DNA of 51,890 nucleotides, the filler included, from Sphacelaria rigidula (lineage: Eukaryota): the NCBI GenBank assembly GCA_964200075.2. It is 3 parts of 3 records of this genome, joined end to end, with 100 filler letters (N's around TTAATTAATTAA, not from the genome) between each part and the next. Parts side by side here need not be neighbours in the genome. Positions count along the whole stretch, not along the records: positions 1 to 17,234 come from CAXNAA020001135.1; 2 more parts are not named here. One strand, 5' to 3'. This document shows, piece after piece, positions 1 through 12,843 of this stretch. The position numbers and the translations under genes were made by a program. Numbering within the stretch: position 1 is the stretch's first letter; each line of letters starts with the position of its first letter. Under the pieces are notes generated by a model. It was not told the DNA's origin and did not search any database. It worked only from the letters and a program-made list of their open reading frames with translations.

Positions 1-70
1 GAATCGAACCCCCCAACTCAACCATCAGAAGGTTACGAGGTTACCAACTGAGCCACCGGGGCGACCGGCT
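1..70 (-). mobile_element. tRNA-derived SINE head (truncated by contig start)
   Basis: Reverse complement reads GGTCGCCCCGG-TGGCTCAGTTGG (Pol III A box)...GGTTCGATTC (B box). The same head occurs at ~510-585, ~46780-46852 and 50215-50475. Confidence 0.8.
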
Positions 71-239
71 ACAGCAGTGGGGGGAAATATCGACGAATTG
101 ATCTCTTACATCTTCATCACAGGAGAATATATAGCAAACTCTGTAGTCCACACACCTGCTCGAGAGAGATTGAAGGGAGTATCGTTTTTGATACGTCATC
201 ATCGCTGATGACTACGCAAAGACGGTAGTCCTACTCCCT

Positions 240-585
240 CCCCATCTATTCTGGACGCCAGTCTACACCTTTTGGTATATGTGGTCGCACCACCCGGGGT
301 CACACAGGAGGAAGACCAACACAGGAGTTTTCCCTTGTTTATTTGTTATAATCCTCCACCTTCTTTGTGCGGTGCTTGCCTTATTTTTCCTAGAGGGGGG
401 TTCAGTGGTACCTTTTCCTCGTCGACGGTGGAGTCGAATTTTGTGTACCCACGACATAGTCGCTCTCTACTGTCGGGCACGGTGTAAGGAAAAAATCCAG
501 ACCGTTTGACTCCACCGAGAGTTGAATCCACACTTCAACCGTCAGAAGGTTTCGAGATTACCAACTGATCCACTAGGCGACCGGT
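240..585 (-). mobile_element. tRNA-derived SINE, near full length (~345 bp)
   Basis: tRNA-like head at ~510-585. The 5' body matches 46660-46852 and the 3' body matches 44800-44950 (CATCTATTCTGGAYGCCAGTCTACACCTTTTGG...). Confidence 0.8.
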
Positions 586-3283
586 TGTGCTGTCTGTACT
601 CACAACGTTCAGCTTTCACATCAGCTCTATTGGTCAGACCCGTAGGGACGGTGTTCAGTGGTAGTATGTCATGACTGTAAATACATATTCCTATGTGTCG
701 AAAACTTCTACCCACACCCCAGAGGAGGAGAGGATACAGCACGAAGTAAGACCCTTTTCTAGGTAGGCGGGTGAAGCATCCCAAGGGAATCCCCCGCCAC
801 AGAATCATAGCGCTATCAAGATTCTCTGCATTTTGGTTCGTGAGGGCTTTGTCACGGAGATCCCGATACGTTTCTGAACCTGAGGTGCTACCATTTTAGG
901 TGAGAGCTGGACGGTAGCACTGAATTCTTTCTCGTATTTCATATTTCGGAGAAGTAGACGACACGGGTTTCCCCTAATATTTTTCCGGTTGTCCCGGAAC
1001 GAGAGCGAGGCATGATAAGCATGGGTTTCCCGTGGGTCTCAATATATCTTCTTTTGCCATGCTGGATGGTAACCCGGCTGGGTGTTACCGTCACCCCCTT
1101 TGGCGTTAACCGTGTCTGGTCTGTGTCTACCACCCTGAAGCCTTCGTTATACCTCGAGCACCCTGCTGCGAATGCGGCGGGATTGATATAAAATATACCA
1201 CGGCACCGCTACTGTTGTACATCCCTCCCTGAATTGCCATGTTGTGATTTGTGACCCGCCAGCCTCTCTCCAGACATCTTACATACTCTGATAGCTGTGC
1301 TGTGTGCTCGCTCAGGGGGAAAGAGGACCGACAGAGCTATTGAGAACTCGTCTGGCACACCTTCGGTGTTATGAGATCTTCGAGGGATTCCTTGAGTTCA
1401 GAAGTTCGCGACGTGATGCTAGCAGATAGATGCCAGTGGCAAACTGGGGGTCGGCCGATGTGTACATAACTCAGGGGCAAGTTGGATGCCGATCATTTGC
1501 TATGTGCTCGTCGCGACTAAAGCGCCTGCTGGATGAATCCGGCTCCGTGCTCAGGCGAGCCGATCCATGCGAAGCTATGGTTGCATTTCTCTCCTCTTGG
1601 AAGAACTCGGCACCAACCTGTGTTCCGCGGCGCAGTAAGGCCACCTCACAGACAGTATGTGCAGATTATGTACCGTTGTATGCACTGGTTCACAGACCCG
1701 CTGGGACTGCATCGTTCTGGCCCCCAAGTGCTCCAATTTCGGAATCGCAAAAGTGCACCCAGGACAGCGAGGGGGAATCAGAGGTTATCTTGGGCAAAAG
1801 GTGTTGGTAGAGCTCAAGTTGGCGTCGATTCGATCCAACAAAAATGGAGGATGCTCACCCTGGAATGGCACCTGTGGCACTTGGGACTGTCAACTCCCTG
1901 AAGATCCAAATGCCAGGGTCAAAGCTAGAAATACGCGATAAATAGTTGGATGATCCAGAAGGATTTTTGGAACGGGTCTCTGTCGGTCTCTTTCCTCCGT
2001 CTCGTCCAGACGTAAGATGTGGTCACCATCCACAGCTCCAGCACTCTACGAATTCCGCAATTTTGTGTGTTTGGGCTCCGGACGCACGATGGCGAGGAAC
2101 GACCAGACACATTAATCTTTCAGCAGTTTTCACCAGTGTTGCGCCAAGAGAAGAAAAAAGCAAAACCTTTTTTTCGGAACAGAATCAGACTGCTCTGCCC
2201 TCTAGTGCGCTCTGCTGCAGCGCACGGCATCAGATATAGCGACGTGGAAATGTTGAGTGTGGTTCGCAAAGCATATGAGCAAAGTTTCAGCGCCTCGCAG
2301 CGGCTACAGCGCGCGTAGGGCCGTGCATCATGAACTGCGCAGCTCTGCAGGCTGTATGCCGACCGGTGTCAGTTTGAAAACAGTTTTTGGGACGAGAGGA
2401 CGACAACATATCGACGCTGGTGTCAATTTTCCACAACCTCTCCGTTGCCGTCATTCGGATAGCTTCACGATACAAGTAGAGCGTTCGCGACTCTCCTCTG
2501 TCACGCTCGAATCAGCATCGCCCGCACGATCAATCCACACCCTCACGAATGAGGTTGACTGAAGAATGCCACGGCGAAGACCTCCGCCAGCATCAACTTT
2601 CCAACACTGTGACTGTCACGTTTCCTTTCACTGACGAGCATGACGCAGCCTTTACGCATGATGGGCTTGGTAGGTATTAGTACCCAAGATGCGCGTCCAT
2701 GTTATCATGAGTTTTTCATGCGGGCAGAGGCGGAGCATCCGCCAAACGCTGCAACTTCTGAACTACCGGGACTTATGCAGCATCGTTTGGTCTGTGGTGC
2801 TCATGGAAACCCCAACTACGAAAGATAAAGAATGCTCGTATATATTCCATACCGTTTCTTCGATGATGATACTTGGGGCTGAAACCGCCTAATCTTCGAA
2901 AAACACCACCAAAATAGCTGACGCTTGAAATATTTCCCCATGGAGTAGACATTCTATTGAATAATCTGTTGCAGCTCTTGAGCCCAGGAACGCATAGTAT
3001 AATAAAATGGTGTGGATCATCACGGATCAAGAGTTGCACCTGCTCTGAAGCTGACGAGTGGCGACCATTTGCTTGATCACGAGGTGTAGGCGGCGGCTAT
3101 CCCAGGACTGAGCGGTATTTTTTAATTTATCTTGTAGTTTTAGGGTACTGTGGTTTTTCACAATGCTGATGATTCTAAATGTTTGGTTACACCTGAGCAT
3201 GCTGTTTTCCGTTGTACACCTTGCTTCGCTATTGCGTCACGTCGCACGCATGCGGGCCTCGCAACAGCTAAAAAACCACCAGT

Positions 3284-6200
3284 ATGGACGCGGCCGACCT
3301 CTTCGGCGGCCCACCGTCGTCTTCACCAGGCGCAACGGAAACTGCTGCAGCCCCTGCGCCTTTCCCAACGCCAGACGATGGAGCCCCCCCCCCTTCCGCT
3401 GCTTCTCTCTTCGGAGCGCCACCGGTAGATGAAAGCGCTTACAAGCCGGGGACCTCGGATCCAACGCCTGTGTCACACTCTCACTCAGAACCGACACAGG
3501 TTCAGGCAGTACCGGATGATTTGTTCGGTGGCGGCGGGGGCGGGGGCAGTTTTTTCGGTGTTTCTCGGACAGATGTCCACCCTCCCCGTCAGTCTCTTCC
3601 TATTGTAGCCCCATCCCCAGCCCTGATGGCAGCTGTACCACCGCGGTCGGAGAGTTTGTCGGCTGGATTATTTGGTGGAGATGGGGGAATTCGTGCGGGG
3701 TCGTTTGAATACGGGGCGTCAGGCACGGCTCCCGGCTATAGCGGGAATGGTGAGGGCATCAGAGATGTGCCCCCGCCTCCGCCGCCGGCAACAGGGTTTC
3801 AGAGTTACAGGTCGCCACCTGCTCCGAAGAGTAACAATATATTTGAAAAAGAATCGTCAGGTAATTCTACGAGCGTGTTTAGTGGAGATCGCCAAGTTGG
3901 AGCTGCAGCGGGAGTTCTGGATGGTGCTCCAAGTGACTCCTTCAGAATACAGCAGCCGGGATCAACCAACGGTCCGGAGTTTGATCGTGCAGACTTTGGG
4001 CGAAGTGAGGGTAAACCGTCTGGGGGAGGGAATGCATTCGGATTCCAGGCGTCCGCTAGGACTCCCGCCGTCTCGCACCCTCCGCCTACCGGTAAACGAC
4101 CCACGGATCACGAAACTGTTTTGGGCTCTAAGCCTTCAGAGATGGCGTTCACCGAGCGCATACCAAACGGTAATGCATATGCTTCTCCATCAGCGAGTGA
4201 AGCTGGTGCTTCCGTAGTCGATATGTTCGGTGCTCCGCCTGCCGATATGTTTGGGGCTCCGCCCCCGAGCAAAGGCAGAGACGTGGGCATGCATGCCTCG
4301 CCTACAACTTTTGGAGCGCCGCCACCCATAGAATCCGCTAGCGACAGATTTGACGCCCCACCGGCGTCCCTGTTGGGCGGACCGCCGCCGTCCCCACCGC
4401 GGCACGGCACGTCCACGCTACCGCCCGCACCCCCGCAGCATAGCGGGCCGCTGTCACCCCCTGAAAGTAGTTTTCCGGGATCTCGTATGGCGAGTGCTTT
4501 CCCAAACGTGCCACCGCCGCCCCGACCGCCGCCACCTAAAGACAGACAGCGGTCTCAACGGGATGCGGTGGCGGGCCCGGTACCCATGGAACGCCCCCCG
4601 TCAGCCCCTTCCTCACTAGGATGGTCGGATGACGATAATTTCGCCGGAGCCTCACGACCTCGAGAGTCCTCAGGGGCAGATAAGTCAAGGACATGGTCTT
4701 CTAGTCCCCCGCCACCCCCACGGCCACCACCACCCCGTCCGTCGGGCACTGAATTCGGCTCCCCTCCAGTGTCAGTGTTCGGTGAGGCACCGGCGTCAGC
4801 ATTTGGTGAGGCTCCCCAGGAAACGTCCGGACAGCCACCTAAGAATGACAGTGGACACGTTCCTGACACGAACAGAGATCCGTGGGGAGGTGGAGGGGGG
4901 ACGTTTGAACCCGACCGAGGAGCTACTCCGTCAGCCTCGGCGGTATTTGGGTCTTCACCGTCTGAAAGCCGTGCGGGTGACGGCGCTGAGGAACGGCCGG
5001 ATGCAGGAAAATTGCCATTCGCAGGAGCTGAAGTATCCGCAGCAAGCGGGTCCGCGCCGCCGAGAACTTTCGCTGCACCTCCAATGACGCTGGGAACGCA
5101 GTATTGGTCATCCAACGTTCTGGGGGCAAAGAGCGTTGTGCCACCACGCCATCAAGACTTTGTATCCGCGGCAGACGAAGCGTTCGGGGCAGAAGGGGGC
5201 GGTGACCAGTCGGCGTCTTGGTGGCAAACTGAAACTGCCGAAAAAGAGCGGGAGGATACGACTGCAGACGCCAAACACGATTCGGCCTTCGATGACACCG
5301 GCCACGAATCCAAGCAAACACAGTTCCCCGCGGATCGCGGAGGGTCTGAAGAGCCACAGCAGAAGACTGCGGACGCATCTACAGGTCAGCTCGCTCAGGA
5401 TCCTGGGGCGTTGCCAACCAGCCTATTTGGAGCACCACCGGCTGTTCCATTGTCAGCATCTACCGAGGACTGGCAGCAACAGCTGACAAATGCGACACTG
5501 CCGCCGCCGCCGCCGCCGCCGCCGATGCCGCTGACGGTGGCCAGCTCCCCACCGGAGGATGCGGTCCCCGGGCCGAATCGGCATGCGATGGGTCCAGCCT
5601 CTGATGACGGCGAGACGACGAAACAAGAAGAAATACCTGCACCAGGTGCTGGTGAAACGCATTCATCAAGTGTTGGTGAAATGAACAGCGCTCTTTCCAT
5701 GAACCCTTCCGAAGGTGAGAAGTATGGACAGTCCGATGAGAATGAACGCCACGATGATGGGGTAGCGTCACCAGAATGGGAGGGTAAACCGTCACCCCCC
5801 CTTGAACTGGGCGTGTTTGGCGCTCCAACAACTGACGCGTTCAAAGCAAAGACCGAAGACTCAATTGGTGCTTCGGGTCAGTCAGTGGATGGGGCTGCTA
5901 AAAGCGAAGGTGCAGGTAGCGTGTGGGGCGTTTGTTTGTCTGACGACAAGCCTATTCCGGAACAGTCGACGGCCGAAGAGGGACGCACAGACAGTTCGCA
6001 GCTACCGCTATCGCTAGCACGGCCACCGCCCTCGCCGCCAAGGCTGTTCGGATCACGCTCCGAGTCGTGGCGGGTTAGCCGTGGCGGTTCGACGAGCTCA
6101 ACAAACAGCATGAACATCGAGGGTATGTTCGGCCACAAGGACAACGCTGCTTCGCCGTCAAGCTCGGGACATGACTCCGAGGAAGTGGCGCCATTAGGAC

Positions 6201-7525
6201 CCGAACGGATGACGTCTTTCAAATCGATTCCCTCTGTTGGAGCCGCCGATGTCTTCAAGGTGACGGCGCTCGGGAGCCAAGAATTGGTGTCTACCCTCCA
6301 GCATAAGTCGTCATACCTGGCTCCTCCCGCGGCACCCGGAGAAGGTCTAGGAGCAATGTTCCAGCGTCCTTCGTACCGAGAGGATGCACAGATGGGTGTC
6401 GATGGCGCCGTCGCTTTAGACCCCGTAGCGGAGGGGGCTGGAGAAACGGAAGCAGAGCCGTCGCCATGTACATCGGTTCGTGCCTTGGGGCAAGGATCTA
6501 AGATGAATGTCCCAGAGTGTGAGATGAATTTATCTCACAATGAAGCTCCTTGCGATGAACGTCAAGTGTCAGACGGCACACCGTCGTCTCCACAATTCCC
6601 AATACCTACCGCTCAAAACAGCACCGCAGCACGATCGAACTCTCCTCCTCCCTCGAAATCGGACGTTTCATCGGCGCTTGGATCAGCTAAGGCCTTGGAT
6701 GTACCCGAGTCGCTTGAAGAGAAGAAGTCTGCCAGTGTTCATACAGGGACGTTTGATGTGTCCCACCCACAAGCACCAGAGGCAGGTACCAGCGAGGTCT
6801 CCAAGCTCCCTCGGGCCTCGGAGGGGACTCGGGATGATACTAAAGTCTCGGACATCGTTACGCTTCATCGGGCCGATCATGTCATGGAGGCGACAGTGCT
6901 TGCAGCTAGCGGGGGGGGCGCTGTCGCACAGCAGGACTTGGAGGTCAAAAGTATATTGACTGCAGCCGTGGAGGGGAAAAGCGCCGAGAAACCGCGTGTG
7001 CCGTTGGCACCCACCGTGAGGGAGATCGCAGCCCTTTCCGTTGCGTCGGGCTCACCACCAACTTCAGCTATAGAAAACGCTAGACGAGAAAATGAGGCTT
7101 CAGCGGTAAAGGATCCGGACGATGGCGAGGAGGGGGAGGAGGATGAGGATGATGGTTGGGGAGAGGAAGACTGGGGAAGCCTAGAAATCGAAGACACCAA
7201 GACGCCTCCCGACACGGGGTTTGAGAGGGGACCGGGGACCGCTGGTGCGCCCAAGGATGAGACGGCTTCAGTCGGGGACCGGAAAAAGGCTGATGAAGTG
7301 GAGATGAACAAAGATGACGAGCGGATGTCGACCGGTGGCGGTGTTGGGGACGGGGGTGGCGCTTGCGTTCCTTCCGACCATGGTGTTGATATGCCTGTCG
7401 GTGGTTCAGGGCGTGCTGTTGATGCCGGGAGTGAGGAAGGGGGTGGCTCTGACGAGAGGAGCTGTGACAGTGACAGAGATACTGTCCTCAGCGTTGCTGA
7501 GACGACTGCTAGCGATTTTTTTGCG
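3284..7525 (+). CDS. SEC16: Sec16 COPII coat assembly protein, exon 1 (Pro/Ser-rich disordered N-terminus, 1414 codons)
   Basis: Long ORF from ATG 3284. Donor GCG|GTGAGC at 7525/7526 is phase 0 and joins in frame to the next exon. Confidence 0.8.
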
Positions 7526-7911
7526 GTGAGCACGGGAAGTATCCAAATATCCGTTCGGTTTTTGGGTTCGAGATATCGAGACTGTTCATAGCATTCGTTT
7601 GCTCTTCCCTTCTGAGATTATCGTTGTGGGGAAGAAAATGGAAGACTCCAGAGGTGTTCTGGGGCGAATCATCCCAAAAAGTCTTCATGAGGCAACGTAT
7701 GATTGGCGTCGAATCTTGCGTAACAATGTCCCATCGCTACGGGGCTGTCCGCGCGCTCCCCTTTGCTTTTGACATACGCATTGCGTTGCACGGAAGACAT
7801 TACTATATTCGACAGTTTTTACACGCCGCTGATACCTCGATCACCACACGTTTCCCGCTGCCTGCGTGCCCTCCGTCGTTCGTACACACATCTCGACCCC
7901 TTCAATGCTAG

Positions 7912-10200
7912 CAGCCAACCGCGTCGCTCAACAACGAGAATCCCGAGAGTCCGAAACGCATGTCACGCAACTCCAGCCGCGTCTCGTTGTCTAGTGTCTG
8001 CCCCCTGTCTGACGACGATCGGGGGAGTACCAGCGGGGCACGGCGTGACAGGAAGGGCGGCCGAGGCGTACACGACGGGCTCGCGCGGCTGACCTATTCC
8101 CCGTTTCTTCTGGCTAGAGGCCCCCCAATGTTCCCTTTGAGCGCAGCTAATTACCCCCGTGCAAGGCGTGGAAGCGGCGGTGGGTTGCCGCGACAGACAC
8201 CTGTCGTGGCTACGACAGCAGAGTCTAGTCCCAACTCCGATCACGGGGCACGATCCGAGTGGCGTAGTCTCAGCCCGTCTCGGCTAGTGCAATGCAAGGA
8301 TCGGTGGGGATCGACCCCTGCAACGCATCGCGGAGGAGGTAGCGTCGGCGGGAGTCCCAGATTAAGGTCTGCGGCATCTGCTGAAAAAATGGCGGGAGGA
8401 GCGAGCGTGGGGTTGAGCTTTTCGCAGAGGATGCCCAGAGCAGGTGGATTGAATCTGCCGCCCAGGTCCGCCGCGCCTAAATATGTGGAGACGGCTCGGT
8501 TGCCGGATCGTGGACGGTCGCCACCTTTGGTTGAGGCAGCCGCCACGAGCACAAGGCAGAGTCAGGTCCTGGGAATGGCTTACCGAGGAAGGCCGAAGGG
8601 AGTATCCGGAACATTTTTGTCACCGCCTGCGGCCGTTGTCGCTGTGGATACCGTGAACGCTGAAAATCCGCCCCTGTCTCTCGGCAGCTGTAGCGATGCG
8701 CCAGAGAATGCGCCCGACAATGTGTCGTCGGCGCCCGTTCGAGCCACACCTGGTGAAGGGCGTTTTCCTCTGCCGCAGCCGCCTCCCGTGACGAGCAAGA
8801 CTCACCGCGAAATGGGGGCAAATGGAGAGAGGAAATGCCCTTCCGTGTCACCCTCATCGGAGGGGGAAATTTCTTCATGTCCGCATGACGTGCCGTCCGA
8901 TGACGTGTCTGCCGTGCCATCGCTCACTTCACCCCCGGCCAATGAGTCTTCAAGGAAAATGAGCGGTCCACTGGTACAGCAGTCAGATGCAGCACCGACA
9001 GCGGCACAAAGCCAAGGACGGAGCCGTGAGCGAGACTCAACTTTGCCAGAAGTTCCGAAGGAAGCTCCAGATGAACCCGAGGATTTGTCGTGGGCTACGG
9101 GCGGCGAATCGAACGCGCACGACCGTGACAGCGACAAGAAAGCCAATACTGAAATCGCCGCGGCGAACGGCCGTGCTAAGGCGCCAACGCCGCCGGCTCT
9201 CTCCCACTATGTGTTCGGTGTGACGGCGCAACCCTCGCCTCTCGTCAACACGTCCTCCCCGCTAACTCGGCCACGAAACGTCCCCTCCCTTTTCGGCACG
9301 GAAGACAGGGAGGATGGAGGCAGCGGGGAAAACGTACAGGCAAGGGACGGCGACGCCAACACGGTGGGTGAGGCCGAAGGGTTGTTCGCTACCCACGCCC
9401 CAGCGGGCTCCGCAGACTCTCTCTTCACCGTCCAGGACACTGATTCTCAAGCTGGGGCAGCTGCCGATGGCAGCGGCGGTGGCAACCGAACCGAATGCGT
9501 CGATCCGTTCTCTCAGGGCCCGCCGCCAGAGAGACCACCAACCCCGTCAACGTCGCTGCCAAATCCGTGGGGTTCGTCGCCTCAAAACCAGCCGCTGAGC
9601 GCTCCAAAAGTATGGCCGACAAAGGGCGGTACGGGTTTTGACCGTCCCCTTGCGCCCACGAACTTAAGTGAGTCGATCCGTACTCTACCCGAGTCGTCTT
9701 TGGGCGGAGCGGGCACCATACCGGCCGCTTTTGGTGACCCCCCTGCCGCTACCAGCGAGCTTGCCACTATCAAGAACGAAGGAGACCCCCATACTCTCGG
9801 AGGCAGCAAGTTGCGACCTAAGGTCGGAGAGAATCCCGACACAACTTTCCCGAGCCGCGTGAAACAGGCGTCGATCATGCCCTCGGGTGTCCCCTCTATG
9901 CGGCCGACAGCTAAGTACTCGGCGGCCGCTCCGAGTTTCAGGAGATCGCACGGAGGCGTCATGCCCATGGAGAATTGGAGGCCTGGTGCTGCGGCAGCTA
10001 GCTCGACGGCCGCCGTGGACAATTCGATGAGGGACCCCGGCGTGAAGCCTCCAGGGGTTATTGCAATGTTTGGATTTGGCGGAAAGTTGGTCTGCATGCA
10101 CCCTCGGCAGAAGATGCGCCTTGCGTCAGCTCCCGGAATTGACCGGCCGGGAGATGAGCATACCGGGAATCCACCTCGGTTGCGTAAAGGTCCTGTCAAG
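7912..10200 (+). CDS. SEC16: Sec16 exon 2 (disordered region plus start of conserved central domain, PPGVIAMFGFGGKLVCMHP)
   Basis: Acceptor TAG|CAG (or CAG|CCA at 7915), donor AAG|GTGAGC at 10200, phase 0. FGFGGKLV is the characteristic motif opening the Sec16 conserved domain. Confidence 0.85.
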
Positions 10201-10546
10201 GTGAGCTGTGCGTGGAGCTTGTTTTTTCGGGAGGGTAGGGAGGGGGGTAATGAAGTTCATGGTGCGGCTTGGTTTTCACATTTACTAACACGGTGATGAT
10301 GAGCTCGAGAAGAAACATGACGTGTTGAAGTGGTCATACTCCCTGGCAAATCAAGGGAGCGTGGCGTAGTGGTTGTGCCTCTACATCCTTCATTTCCCAT
10401 CCATGTTGTAGTAAGCGATTCTCCTCCTTTTTTTCGATCGCACACCCTCTCATCCCCAGGACGCAGTCTCGCTCCCCACTTTATCTTCTTTTCGCCCCTC
10501 GGCGCGTTTCTATGCCATCATCTGCACCCATCACGCGGCGATGTAG

Positions 10547-10744
10547 GTGTGGTGCGTGAAAGACCTGGTGAAGACACAGGCGATCATGCGGGACGCCGAT
10601 GCGTTTCCCGGTCCTGCGGCAGCGGCGCCCGCCAAGAAACTGAAGGAGTACGTTGAAGCACGTGCTGCGGATGGGGAAGGTGGAAGCGAAAATCACGGGG
10701 AGAGACTCCTCTGGACTGTCGTGGCGCTGTCGCTGCAGTTTAAG
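10547..10744 (+). CDS. SEC16: Sec16 exon 3 (AFPGP...ERLLWTVVALSLQFK)
   Basis: TAG|GTG acceptor, AAG|GTGCGG donor, 66 codons, phase 0. FPGP and LLW motifs of the Sec16 mid domain. Confidence 0.85.
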
Positions 10745-11425
10745 GTGCGGGTTTTGGGGGGTTCTGGGAATACCGTAGGTTTTGTGTTTTTGTTGGGCGA
10801 GTGGGGGGTACAAGGTTGTAGTACCAAAAGGCACCAATCCTTTTTATAGAAACAATTTTCAGTGCTAGAGGAAGGAGGAGCCCAAGAGTTGAGAGTTGAA
10901 CATGTTGACTTCATGGCGAGATTAATACGAACACAGAGTCGTCACTTTTGAGCTGAGCCGCGACGTATTGCTACATGAAAAAGTAATGACACGTTTGAGC
11001 GACAGTGCTGCCGTTTTTGTTCCGATATGTACGGGAGGAGTCGTTTTGAATTTTTTTGTATGTTGTGACTCTACCAAGTAAACACAGCTCATACCTCTAC
11101 CGAAAATATTGCAGGGGCATCATGTCTTGATTCACGATTTCGAGTCTGCCAAACACCCGAAGTAACTTCAAGGTCAATCGTTTTGGAATATGAACGCACA
11201 TGCGCCAAACTGTTCCGATATACACCTTGTATGGTTTCCCGTTGTTTTCCTGGGCCAACCCTCGATTTCACCTCAAATGTCAAAACACGTCTCGAGCATT
11301 ATTGTTTGTGCTGTTGAGAAGGTATTCTATCCAAGTCTAACTAGAAGTGGTTCAGCAGTCAGACCACCTGGTTTCGTCGCACTACTTTTTCTCCTGGTGC
11401 AATATAAGAACAGTTCACTATTTTC

Positions 11426-11528
11426 CACACCTTGGGCAATATATGGTCAATAGTTGCAATAGACCTATACTTTATGCAGTACACTTCTCGTCTATCGCAT
11501 CTATTGACCATATATTGTCCAGGATGTG
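11426..11528. mobile_element. 103-bp hairpin MITE with 8-bp target-site duplication, in SEC16 intron 3
   Basis: ~40-bp inverted arms CACACCTTGGGCAATATATGGTCAATAG / CTATTGACCATATATTGTCCAGGATGTG, flanked by CTATTTTC (11418-11425) and ATATTTTC (11529-11536). Confidence 0.75.
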
Positions 11529-12312
11529 ATATTTTCGTACAAAAATCACTCAGCAATACACGGTTGATGATTGCAAGGAACCTGTTAATGCTGCCATCAA
11601 GTTCCACCCACAACTTGAGAAATTCCACATCCAACGAGTGGGAGTATGCCACGTATGGAAACTGTTCCGACATTGATGTATCCCACTTCTTTTTCGTTTC
11701 TGCCACATATTGACGGTTGGGTCTCGACCAAAATTTTCGTACAGACGATCGGAACGATAGCACGAAGACATGGAGTGAAGCCGGCGGTTGATCCGAATCT
11801 CTAATTTCAGGATTTTGAATACTAGGGGGATACTACACCAGGGGGAATGTTCGAAATCACCAATCTTACAAACTGTTGGAATTTGGAGTGGCGAATAAAA
11901 TACAACCAATAACTTAATTAGCGTTCATATTTCTCGCATGGACACGTATGTGAAATTTGATATCAAAACTTGGATGTAAATCCGCGGGAATATTCTAGGA
12001 AAAAGAGTGGCTGAGGCTTCGCGAACCCAGCTTATAGGATATATGGAGAGAGTAGCTCAGGGGTGCTGGTGTCTAATTTCTAAGTATGATCTGCAGTGCA
12101 GGTTTGTTGCGAGTGTTTTCATGGGTATTTTGTGCCCCCCGTGGAGTTGAAATTCGGTCGAAAAATAAAAGCGTCATCGTAACACATAGTGGAAACTCTT
12201 TCCATCGCAACCACCATGTCCGCAACGCTTTCACTTTGCTCCGATTCACGCCTACTCTCTCGTTATTCCGTGCTTCCATACATTGTTGCTGATTGATTTT
12301 TTTACTCCCCAG

Positions 12313-12843
12313 GGTCGGCTGACGAGCGAAGCTGGAGCCTCAGACCCGGCCTCTCCTGAAGCCGCCCTCGTGAAGTTCCTCAAGGAAGGACACGCCCGTC
12401 TCAAAGACGCCTCGAGATCAACCTGCAACCCCCCAAGCGCCTGCGCATCACCGAGAGCGCTCAACGGTAGCAGAAGCAGCAACAACCCGTCGCTCTTTTT
12501 CCCTGGTTCAGTCGCCCCTTCCCACGGCCGAACCTCCTCGAACGAGAACTTGTCCAGGCCAGGAGGAACCGGGTTTATGGGGACCGTTCCCAGGATCGGT
12601 GACAACTTGGGAAATTTCACGGGGGCGCCGAGGCCAGGCGTCGGAAACTCACAAGTCGGGGCTTTAGCTGCGCAGGCGCCTGGTAAAGTCGGGCCGTTTG
12701 GTGGTGCTCCGGCAGGGTTCGGTGGTGGGGTTGGTGGGTCTGGTGATCGTGGTGTGTCCACGGGAGTGGTTGAGGAGTCGGGATCAACGCGGGGCTCGCA
12801 GGAGGAGGTGGAGGCCCTGCTCGTGGATGGTAAAAAGGAAGAG
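12313..12843 (+). CDS. SEC16: Sec16 exon 4 (ends EEVEALLVDGKKEE)
   Basis: Pyrimidine tract then CCCCAG|GGT acceptor, GAG|GTGCGG donor, 177 codons, phase 0. LLxGxKEEA motif of the Sec16 ACE1 domain. Confidence 0.85.

Noticed and set aside
1-70. Functional tRNA gene (also 46780-46852 and 50215-50290)
   Set aside because: A and B boxes are present, but copies are mutually diverged, lack a proper acceptor stem and run into a shared SINE body.
1250-3100. Gene upstream of SEC16
   Set aside because: Only short ORFs with no recognisable motifs or consistent splice structure.
3672-10199. Numerous overlapping and antisense ORFs within SEC16 exons 1-2
   Set aside because: Shadow ORFs expected in GC-rich coding DNA; no independent motifs.
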